The notes beneath the pieces are model-generated. The model was not told the origin of the DNA. It worked only from the letters and a program-made list of their open reading frames with translations, and did not search any database. A program made the position numbers and the translations under genes. From positions 179,293 through 243,292 of the forward strand of contig CDMY01000887.1 in assembly GCA_001179505.1 (NCBI GenBank): 64,000 bases of DNA, in the 5' to 3' direction. This document shows positions 24,801-35,434 of the stretch, in pieces (within the stretch, counting starts at the first letter, position 1; every line of letters starts with the position of its first letter). Source of the DNA: Vitrella brassicaformis CCMP3155 (lineage: Eukaryota; Protista; Chromerida).

Positions 24801-26456
24801 TCCTGTCAATGATGCATGTGAAGGCCTGCTTCAGCTTGTTCACACACGTCGTCAGCAGCTGAGAACTGAGCACACAAACAAACATACAAACGAAGAAACA
24901 GACAAGCAAGGGGGAAATTCGCGAAGGCGTCATCTCTCCTCTGTCTCACCTGCCCATGAGCTCATTAGCCACCAAGCAGAGGTAACTCAGTTTCTGCATG
25001 CCTTTGCCCGAGAAGTACCAGCTGCCCTTCTGCGTCTCCGTGTCGACGTTGAATGCGTCGATCTCCTGTGTGAGGATGGCGCGGATCTCCTCCATTCGCG
25101 GGGGCAGTATGGTGTCAGAGGGAAACATGAAGGGAAGGTCCTCCAAAGGCCCTTCTCTGAAGGTCCAGGTGTTGCCCACAACCCCTTTCATCAGACCTGA
25201 GGTGGGACACGGAATGCAGCCTTGGCCGTCTGATAGCGTCGTTTTCGGACCTTTGGTCTGGGAGGTTGCTGTTATGGTGGTGGTCTGCACGCTGTTAGTG
25301 AAAGTCTCGAGGTGGTGCGGCAGGCACAGATGCAACAGCTGCATGCCACTCCTGCCTTCGACCTGCCACTCAAATGAGTACTCCTCGCCATTGCTGGCAG
25401 CAGACACCTTTATGTCGCCACCGGTGGGCCACACACCTAGACATGACACCCAAGACTTGCCCGGAAGGCACTCTCGCCTTCCACATGTGTACGCACCTGC
25501 ATGCGCGTCGAATATCTGTCGCTCCTCTGGGCTGGTGATCAGGGCCAGTCGGATGACCCCCGTGAAGGGCTGAGCAGCCCGCAGCCGGCGTCGGCCGTTG
25601 GCGAGCAGATCTTGCTCAAACTGGAATCCGAAATCGGGTGTCCCGTCGTTGGCCAGGATATACGCGCGCCATTCTTGCCCATTGTTCAGCTCAATCTGTG
25701 CGACGTTTCCCGTCTGGTTGACGTTGAGGATGGCGTGCTGTGTGGCAATGCGGGGGATGGTGTTGGTGTACTTGGCTGTGACGTACGCCATGCCCTGCAC
25801 GAGGGGCACCTCCATGTGCGTCCGAAAGCCATCGGTCAGCTGCACTTTGGCGCCCAGCAGCGTTTCGCTGGTCACTGAGTAGTTCACCAGCTGGTCTACT
25901 GTGCCTGCAACAGACAGACAAAGAGCAGTCAATCATTGACACGCAGCGAAAGCTGTCTTGTCGACCCACCCAGAGTCATGTCTCGAGTGGCGAAGTCATT
26001 GAGGTAGTACTGAATGCGATCGTCCATCCCCGGCTGCCCCTCAAATCGCCCCGCGCCCAAAGTCTTCCCCGTCGGCCGCTTCACCTTGACGAGCCAGCTG
26101 TCCGTGTCGGCATCCTCCTCGAGCGTGACTGCGAAGGGCAGGGCGTACACGGGGGCCTGGCTGAAGAGCAGGGGGGTCCAGAACTTGTTGGTCGGGATGG
26201 GGGGCAGCAGAGTGGTGTTGAACGGAGGCTGGTAGAAGCCCTCGCCCTCTGTGACCCGTGTGAAGCGGGGGAAGAGGGATGTGGGAGGCTCATCGACGGA
26301 TATGGGCTGCAGCAGGGAGCCACCTGCGAGAGAAACCATGTGAGGGAGGGACAAAAGGAGTGAGGGAGGGACAAATGACGTGTTTCGTGGGATGCCACCT
26401 TGCAGTTTTCGGCGTTGCCCGTCAGGAAGGGCGCAGTCCTCTGCCGAATCACACAT
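21884..26456 (-). CDS. GH81 endo-1,3-beta-glucanase with Pro/Thr stalk, 8-Cys module, TM helix and cytosolic tail (start uncertain, near 26456)
   Basis: PIPTNKFW, VPLVQGMAYVT, WYFSGKG, YDLSWGG, DFGNPAYNDHHYHFGYY, FPMFRALDWYSGHSWSRG, KDQESVSEEVNFY, FENKVDYATWFG..EYIHGIQMLPVT. Splices on to the PT-rich exon 22461-23220 and TM WATPLTFVLVMIAGAVALWLGLCY; ends DVELGGGGPFE*. Confidence 0.93.
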
Positions 26457-26595
26457 GATCGATGGCCAAGCGTGAGAATGCTGTGTGATACAGCTTTCCC
26501 CTCCAGATCGTCGAGAAAAGACTGCGCGCCAACTGCGAGCTTAGCTGACAGAATTTCCCAGATGCCCCCATATCAAGGCACGGAATACCTCAAAA

Positions 26596-29557
26596 ATGAT
26601 GTCGGCGAGCAAAGATCCCAGTTTGACGTACTGTGACAGTCCCCTTGAGCAGCCCCGCATGAGCAGCAGCTCTCCTTCGCCGTCGCTGCAGTACGATGAC
26701 TATGTGCCGGCTCACGACGTCCTCTGCTGCGTCCTCAAGACCAGCCACGACAAGCTCTCGGCCCTCGTCGAGCCTTTCCTCCGCTGCCTCAGGAGGAAAG
26801 ACGTGCTTGTGGAGGAGCTTGTCGGCGCACCGTGGGGCAGCCGCGCGTTTGTGCTGGACGCTTCGGACGACGTGCTGTTCGAGTACTGTAAGAAATCGAA
26901 TGAGCAGCTCACGGCAGTGCTGATGAAGCGGAGGGGCTTCACACCCGCAGAGCGGCTGAGACTGATTTGGGCTCTGCTGCGGAGTGTGCAGCTGCCGCCA
27001 TCGGCGGAGTGGAAGGCGCTGAACCAGACCAAGAATGCCGGAAACAGTGTGGACGATGTGCATCCGTCGCTGCTGCAGGAGTGTGTGAAGGGGGGCTTCA
27101 TCGAGGAGGTCAGCCGAGGAGGGAGGAGCATTCAAAGCGCCATTTTCATTGTTGTGGTCCTGTGCGGTTTGTCGGTTCTGGCAGTAGATCACGCCTTTGC
27201 ACTGTCCCCGATGGCGCGCAGAGGTCGAAGAGCAGTGGATAGGTCAGAAAGAATCCCGCAAACACCCACACAAGGAAGTCACGTTGAGTGTCCTCTCTCT
27301 TAGCGTCTCTCCTGGTGTTGGGTGGCAGCGATGCGTTGCTGCGGCGGCTGGCCTCCTACTTTGGCGAGAAACTTGGAGTGTATTTTGCCTTCATGCAGTG
27401 CTACACCCGGTGGTTGGCCGTGCCTGCACTGGCGGGCACCGGCATATTCTTGGCGCAGACACTGGGCTACTGCAATCAGGTGAGCGAGTGTGTGTGCGGG
27501 CATCATACGGGAGGCGGCCGCATGTGGCATGTGTGTGTCTCTGAGTGAAGGTCGGTGCAATTGTGATGTGGGTCGTTCTGTCCTTGTGGTCGACGCTGTT
27601 CATCGAAGCGGGATGGTGAGGCGGGCACACACAATGCGCAGGGCTGTCTCGCAATGGTGCGTGCCTGCCTGTGTCTTTTTGTGTGTGTGTGTGTGTGTGT
27701 GTTGTGAAGGCAGCGTCGTCTCGAGAAAATGAAGGTGTCGTGGGATCTGTGGCGGTATGACGATGCACAAAAGTGAGTCAGCGTCACAGAGGGGATAGGG
27801 CTGCGAATTAGTTGGCTGGCTGGCTGCCACGTTGGTCCGCTTGGCTGCTGCATGCAGAAATGCTGGTGACGTCCAAGACATGGCCGACTGCGCCCCTGCC
27901 ACAGACATAAATACTGGTCAAATATGCCGGCCAACAGACAGACAGACAGACAGACACGTCGTCTGTTCTCTCTTATCCCCTTGAATGTAGGCAATGAAGT
28001 GTTGCGACGGCTGCTGTGCCTTGCGCCGCTGGTTCTCTTTCTGGTGTTCAGTGTGGTGGTGCTGTGGGTGCTGCTGACCACACGCGACATGCTGCAGGAG
28101 TGGTTCGAAAGAGACCTGCAGCTGCCACGAGTGGTGGCCGCACAGGTGCCGGGCCTCCTCTTCACCGGATGCAAGATCGTGCTCGATGGAAAGTGAGTCG
28201 AGTCCAGACAAATCCTTGGGGCCTGATTTCTCTCTGGTACCGTGTGTGTGTTTGTGTGTGTAGGGGCAAGCAGGTGGCCGTTGCTCTGAACCGGGCTGAG
28301 ATGCACTATACGCCAAGCGCACGGGAGAACGCTCTGATAATGAAGCTGATGTTGTTCCAGTTCTTTGAGAACTTCCTTCTGTTGCTCTTCATCTGCTTCT
28401 GGCAACAGGCACTGAAATGAGACACGCTTATCATCCATTCATGCATCCCTTGTCTCGTGTCCATCTGCAGGATTTGGTGCAACTGTGTCTCGAGGTCACT
28501 CTTGACTTCAGCATGAGACAGGTGGGCAGATGATGCCTGCCGCGGGTATACATTTGTCGCATTTCCTCTTTTCCACTCTTCCTGAGCAGATGATCCAAAA
28601 CTCAACAGAGGTCGGCATACCCTTGTTCAACGGTCTCTTCAAGATCCTCATCGCTCCCATCCTCTACAGCCTCGTCAAAACACTCTCGGCTCCACTCACG
28701 GCCGTCAATCGTGCCATCACGGCCGTCTCACGCTGCTTTCTGGCCTATGTGCCCTTCGCCGAGAGGCTCTGGGGAATTTTCCTTGCCACGTCGCTGGGGG
28801 AGCAGCTCCAGGGGCTTATTGACAGCATCCCCACCTTGGAAGAGGTGTTCATGCAGGAGAGGCGCGCTGGCCTCATGCGAAAGAGCGTCACTTTCATCAA
28901 GAAAGACCGGCCGTCTGTGCTGCCGGCGATGCTGGACACACCTAAGGGCCAGCTGGGGATGGACGAACACGATCTCTTCGGCGAGTATGCAGGTGCGGTG
29001 CGCGAGAGACATAAGGTGATGCGTACAGGGACGGATGGATGGCATCGTGTGTGCACATTTCATCAGAGATAACGACCCAGTATTTTCTTCTGCTGGCCTT
29101 TGGGCCGTTTCTCCCTTTGACGGCGCTGTTCGCCTTTCTGAACACGGTGGTCGAGTTCCATCTCGACATATTCAAGACATCCAGACTCACAAAGGTGAGA
29201 TGAACGACCAGTGCCAAATGTCTCCTTCCTTCTGTCTCCTCCCCTCAGCGCCCGATGCCGTCAGTGGACACAATGGAGGTGTGGGTGAAGGTCTTCTCGG
29301 CGATATCCTTCGTGGCTGGCTCGATCAACATCTTCCTGCTGCTGGTGTTCCTTCCCGACCACTTCCTGCCTTCATCCCTCGTCATTGTGGGGCGGCGCGA
29401 GCCCATCGGGCCGTGTGGGCGTGTGCTGCTGGCGATAGTCCTTGAGCACTTCATGATATGCATGCAGGTGCTCATAGCCCTGAGCATCCCCCACCGGCCG
29501 GTGGAGGTGCAGATTGCACTGGACCGGGAGAAGAGGAGAAAGCACAAGAGGGCATAG
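26596..29557 (+). CDS. Anoctamin/TMEM16 family protein (ANO8/10-like)
   Basis: ITPLH, SYFGEKLGVYFAF..YTRWL, WSTLFIE, RENALIMKLMLFQF, DLFGEY, PLTALFAFLNTVVE, VWVKVF, VLEH. Confidence 0.92.
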
Positions 29558-30103
29558 GCAGCTGGGCAGGTGTGTGTTCAATGTGTGGCGACCTTGTGGT
29601 TTGTGGTGTGACATTGAAGGAGCGTGAACTGCAATGGACACAGCACAGTGTCACACTGCAATGCATATCACACTGAGGTGGAGCGAGGAGACAGTCTGGC
29701 ATATTAAGTGGCGAGTTTGCTGGCCAGAGAAATAAACTGAGCATCCGATCATCGTACCGTCGATCTTACAGGTTTTTCGATGTCTGCGTGCGTCACCTCG
29801 TGTGTTCTCTGTCGCGGCTGTTTCTCGATTTGATTCTTCCCCTCCATCCCAGGGCCCGTTACCGTAGCCAACCAACCACCATTCGCAGTTTGCGAGCTCC
29901 CGATCTCGGGGGGAAACTGTCATTAACCGTAACACTCGTCTGTGTGTCCGTGATACTCATACAAATACAGTCCCATCAGCACGCAGAGTCAAACAGGCTC
30001 AAGGGGAGGAGGGATCAATCCCCGCCCCATCAGCACACCCCAGTCCCGCAAACCCTCCCCTCCCTCCCCCACGCAGACAGAAGCTAGTCGCTCCCGATCT
30101 CTG

Positions 30104-33100
30104 ATGAGTGGATCTGTCGATGAGATTATACCACAGGGATTTTTCCATGATGACTCGGAGGATCAGCGGAAGCTGTGCGCCAGGTACTCGCTTCAATGAA
30201 ACGAGTACTGAGCAATTTGGCGTACTTGTCGTTTCGCAGGTCGGTGATTGGGCTGCCTCCCCCTCAGCCGCTCACACCAGTGCCATTGGTGCGGCTTTTG
30301 TGGGTCAGCCCGGTATCAGCGTCGGTGTTCCAGTCGCCGAGTCGTTGGATGACTGCACCAATGGCGAGCATCCAGAACAGGTGCACATGATCGGACGAGG
30401 TGCACTCGTTCCTGTCTGGTATCATGTGGGTGGCCGCCTGTGTGTGCGTTCAGTATCCTTACCCCTGCAATGGCTTGCCGCCCTTCCCCCTGCCCTTCTC
30501 CCATATGGAGCCGGCCGAATCGTCACGGCATCGTGCGGAGTCCCTCCCGCCATCCAATCGTGAAGCAAGAGCAAGGACCTCACAGTCCTCTCAGGTGAAA
30601 CACTCTTACGAATACAGATGTTCTGTGAGCATGTGCTGACGCTCTGCATGTTTGCGTTCAGGTGTCCAAGAGGGCAGGGGAGGTCACAATTGGCGAGCGG
30701 CTGCAACTCGTGAATGAATTCGAGAGGCGGAAGAAGGACGGCGACACTATCAGCATGCCGCAGTTTGAGAAGGAAAAGGGAATCACTCACGGGAGGTTCA
30801 AGCAGTGGTACGCTGCTGTCAAAAGGCAGAAGGAGGCCGGCACCCAGGTGATCGACCCGACCAAGAAACGCAGCAGGGAACCGAAGTACCTGCCGATTGA
30901 GGACGAGATGCGCGAATGGATGGCCGGCCATGATGACCACGCCAATGTCCCCCCCAAGGCCATCAGGACCAAGGCCATGGAGGTCGCCGCTCGGCTGGGA
31001 ATCGGTGACTTCTCGGCCAGCGACTCCTGGATCAAGAGGTTCAAGATACGATACCAACAGGTAAGAGCGTACCACCATTTAACGGAATTGCGATGGGAGA
31101 ATGAGGCCTCTCTGTGATGCGCTGCAGGGTCAGGCGCTTGACGAGTCAGCTACGGCGGATGGATTCATCGGGCAAGTCGGCCTCAGCCGACGGGTGAACG
31201 CACTCAATAACCCGAGAAGATTGCCACTGAGCAGTTTCTTTGCTACCTGGTTGGCTGCAGACCACCAGCTCTGCAGCAGACGAAGACGCGGTGGACCAGC
31301 AGTCTGGGCACTCGCGCGTCAACACCGTGAGCGTAAGCCAGGCTACGCTAGCGAGCTCATCTTGTTGGCTAGCATCTTATTTCGCGATCTCGCCACATTT
31401 GTCTTCAGATGGTGCCGTCCACGAGCAGATTGACAAACGAGAGGTCGCCCGCAAAGATCCAGAGGAGCGACGAACGCAGCCATAGAGAGGGTCCGCCGTC
31501 TCTGGTCAGTTGAAGATAGGATGGACAAATAGAAAGATATCGCTCTCTGCAACGGTTCTTCAGGCGGCGTCATCGGAGCACACTCATCTTGACCTCGCTG
31601 ACTCGGTTGTCAGCTCCGTGAAACGAAGGGGCGCTTCTGAAGAGGACGATGCTGACCAGAATGGTGGCCCTGCTGCCGCGTTATCGACTGTCGACTCGCT
31701 TGGCCTGGAACTGCCGAAGACGCGCGTCCATCGTCGTGACGACAGCGCAAGCAGCTCGGCAGCCCGTGCGACAACGAAGATGGTGTGTCGTCGCGTCCGA
31801 GTCAGCCACAGAGAGGTGATGAGTTTGTTGTTTGCAGGAGAAGCTGATGTCCGTCGAGACGGTGACCAAGGAACGAAACCGAAATGATGCTGCCGAACGA
31901 ATGAAGGTCAGGACACACCAAAGCAATGAGTCACCACGTCGACTTCATTCGTACTCCTTTGTGTGGACCGACTATCCGTTTGTTTCATTCAGCGTGTCGT
32001 GGCGGAGGTCGTGGACAAGTCGACTTCGGTGGATCTAGTGACCATGATGGACTGCACGGGGTCAATGAGCGGCTGGATCTCTCAGGCCCAACTCACACTC
32101 AACTCCATCATCACCGACCTGCAGGTGCGCTTCTCGCTACCCGACACCTCACCTGTGCGTCCCCAAGCACCTCTCTGTGTTTGTCCTCAGTTGTCCTATC
32201 CCCATATGCGCTTCCGTGTGGGTTTCGTCGGCTATCGCGACTTCTGCGACGGGGCTGGCCGGCTGGCCATCGCGCCGCTGACCGAGGATGTCCTCGCCGT
32301 CAAGAACATGATCTGCCGCCAGAGTGCCACGGGCGGCGGCGGTGAACCCGAGGATGTGGCGGGCGCTCTCAAGGCTGTGGGTGATATGGCGTGGGAGGCC
32401 ATGACGCGAGTCGTCATCCACGTTGGCGACGCCCCGCCGCACGGGTTGAAATACCATTATGGTCTCAACGACAGGTGAGCAGGCTACACAACGATGCATA
32501 CACGTCCTTCTGGTCCTCTTATGTCTGTCTGCATTAGTCACCCTGGTGGCGATCCATACGGCCTTCGCATCGAGCATCTGATGCGTGGTTTCCGCATGAT
32601 GGGTCTCGACTACTGCTTCATCAAGATCAACAGATCCACCGATAGAATGATCGATATCATGCGCGCTGCCTACGACGACCCGGCCACGTTGCACCAGGTC
32701 CGCGTCGAGAACCTCGGCGGAGACACCAGCGGCTTCAAGAGCTTCATCGTGCGATCGGTGAGTGCATCAGGGGCTGAACAGACTGAATGTCTCCGACTTT
32801 CCATCTGACCCTTCAGGTGTCTGAGAGCGTTTCTTCGTCTGTCAAGCGCATGTCGATGGCCACAAGAACTCGCCGCAATCACAGCTCCATGTTCATGGGC
32901 CCAACCAGCGGTAAGTGCGATCGAGAAGGACGGAGAGGGAGGGGACATCCTCTCCCTGTGGCTGGTAGGCTGGTTGGCTTCCATTGCCGAGGATACGCCT
33001 TTAATCACGCGGACCTTGTCGCTTGACACCAGTGCTCCGGCGTGGGACTCATTTACGTCCAAGGTGATGACAGAGAGAAAATCCGACACGGCTATGTGTG

Positions 33101-34781
33101 TGTATTTGTGTGTGAGCAGGAAGAGGCTCATCGCTATACTTACCACCTGGTGCTCGAGCGCACGAAGAACTGGAACCTCCCTGAGATGATCGTCACAAAG
33201 CAGCAGTCGTATTTGCACATCGAGGAGAGGCCGTTTGCGAAGGGAGAGATGCGGTACGCCTTTTACATGAAGGAGCGCATGCTGGACCTCAAGAGGGTGG
33301 GCAGGGAGAGAGAGGGGATGGATGGGGAAAACGGACGCCGCATTTGTAATGTGTCTCTTTCTAAGGTGGCCAAGTTGCCGATAGAGTCCTGCCGTGGTGG
33401 CGAGGAGCTGCGCAAGGACGTGTTGGCCGACATAGAGACGCAGGCCATCAGCAAGGCACTGGCGAAGGTGTTCAACGAGGCGCTCCTCAAGAAGGGCGTC
33501 AAACGCATGATCGACTTCATCGACGTCTGTAAGTCAATCACCAACACACACGGCACACATGACTGACACGTCTTTCATGTGGTATGTGTCAGCTGTGTAT
33601 GAGTTGCCGTCTCGCGGCGAGAGCGAGCGTTGGGTGACCGTCGAGCCCTTCATGGAGGGGCGCTACCAGAAGTACAATAACAATGACGGGTGGGTCAGCT
33701 TGTCCGAGCTGACTCAGGGACAGCTGGCGCAGAGCCAGCTGGCGCAGGCCTTCTCCCACTGGACCTGGCACTTTACGGGGGGCGAGCTAATGGTGAGCAT
33801 CAAGGGCAAAACGGAGGGAGGGAGGGAGGGAGGCCTGAATGTGTCCCGAATTTTCCTGTGACGTTTAGGTGGTGGACATTCAGGGCGTCAACAACATCTA
33901 CATCGACCCACAGATCCATTCAAAGGTCAGGCCAGAGAGCTGGACGCCTCAATGGCACACCTGTCGCTGTGTGGTGTCTTCAGGACATGAATTGTTATGG
34001 CCTCGGCAACCTGGGCGAGGAGGGCATGGGCAAGTTCTTCGCATCCCACACGTGCAACGAGGTCTGTGTGCGCCTCGGGCTGGACCACCCCAACCCCACG
34101 GCGGTTGAGCAGTTTTTGCGCACATTCAAGACTTTTCTTCGTGCCTCTACCGAAGGACCTCAGCCTCGAGGGGAGCGCCAAGCAGGTCGAGCTGCAGATC
34201 TCGTGTGAGCTGTGCGGGTCGATATTCGACGTGAGCATGGCAAATGAGGGAGAGGGGAGGCGAGTGCGATGCACTCACTGGTCATCCGTGTGTCGGTCTC
34301 TGTGTGTGTCGCAGGTCAACGGATCGCGTTACCTGTCGTTCCGAGAGAAGGGCCGTGACGTCTACTGCCCCAGGTGCGAGGACCGGCTACGCCAGGAGGT
34401 ACCCAAGAAGGTCAAGTGCGACCGCTGCCACAAGCCCTTCACGTACCCGGCCTCGTGGTACCTCTACAAAGGCATGAAGGAGCCAACCACATGCAGCAGG
34501 TGCACCTGCAAGAGGACAGAAGGCCCGGAGATAGGTTGTGGGTATGCCTGTCTGTGCGAATGTGCGTGTCCGTCTGCAGGGGGTCTGAGCAGAGTGTCGG
34601 CGTGTATTTTGGCGAGCAGACCTTCAGGCAGAGGGCTGCAAATTTCATCAGAGCATACTTCAATCTACTTCCACGTGAGTGAGTGTCGTGTTTCCCGTGG
34701 ACGTCTTGTGTTGCTGGGCGGAGGGAGCAGTGAGTGACATTGTGTATCTGCCTACGGTGATGCTGTGTTTGGGGGCAGTAG
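30104..34781 (+). CDS. CENP-B/pogo HTH - vWA - alpha-kinase - zinc-ribbon fusion protein (start within 30104-30147 and last exon are approximate)
   Basis: HTH exon 30662-31060. Five consecutive phase-0 GT-AG introns lead to the vWA domain (DLVTMMDCTGSM, VGFVGYRD, EDVAGAL, HVGDAPPHG), then the alpha-kinase (PFAKGEMRYAF, VEPFMEGRYQKYNNNDG, AFSHWTW, VVDIQGV..IDPQIH, GNLGEEGMGKFFASHTCNEVC) and four CxxC motifs. Confidence 0.88.
30662..31060 (+). mobile_element. Domesticated pogo/Tigger (Tc5/CENP-B) transposase DNA-binding exon; no DDE domain
   Basis: TIGERLQLV..EKEKGITHGRFKQW (first HTH) and KKRSREPKYLPIEDEMREW..VPPKAIRTKAMEVAARLGIGDFSASDSWIKRFKIRY (CENP-B/Tc5 HTH, including the F.AS..W..RFK.R signature). 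Confidence 0.85.
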
Positions 34782-34944
34782 GCACTTTTTGACCAACTGC
34801 CAAGAACTCTCTCTGTGGCCGTCTGATCATGCGACATAGGCATGACGCACATTTGACACGGTAGTTCCTGTGCATGCAGACTGTATGGCTTTACTTCTCA
34901 CATCAGAGAGAGATGAAGGAAGATCACCGAGAGAAATCACGAGC

Positions 34945-35008
34945 GGCCGAAAAATCACGCACGCCTGTCTATCAACCTTCGCACCAGTCAGAATGCAATT
35001 TTGCTGGA
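34945..35008 (+). repeat. Dispersed intergenic repeat, copy 1 (inverted relative to 43197-43280)
   Basis: 34975-35008 matches the reverse complement of 43197-43230 at 32/34 nt; GGCCGAAAAATC at 34945 matches the reverse complement of 43269-43280. Confidence 0.8.
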
Positions 35009-35434
35009 GGACCACACACGTGCAAGGAGAGGCATGCAAACCACTCGCAGTTCTTCCACAAGCACCCATACACGAAATTACATACGAACGAACAGGGAAA
35101 CAACACACGCCCATCCATCCATCCATCCATCCGTCCACTCATCCATGTGCGTCGTGCACAAGGATGGGTGTGTCGTGTCCTTATGTGAGATTCAGTCAGT
35201 GTGTGTGTAGTCCATGTGACACTTCTTCGTATGTATTTGTCAGTGTCAATGCTTGTGTCATTAGGTTATGGTGTACAACACTTGACAGACAGACAGTCGG
35301 TCTTCACTCATATCGACACCGACACCACACACATCCATGGGGGGCATGGATCCGCGCACCCACGACACAAATTTGCCACGCCAATGCGAAAGCCCCTCAC
35401 CCCCCACAGCCTGAGGGCCGACTCAGAAAAAATA

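Noticed and set aside
29890-30100. Recurrent (G/C)AGATC / CTCCCGATCTC motif upstream of several genes (also ~1929, ~39622, ~43322, ~47533)
   Set aside because: Core too short to separate from chance without genome-wide statistics.
30000-32000. Intact pogo/Tigger transposon
   Set aside because: No DDE catalytic domain, terminal inverted repeats or TA duplications were seen; the HTH exon splices into host-type exons.
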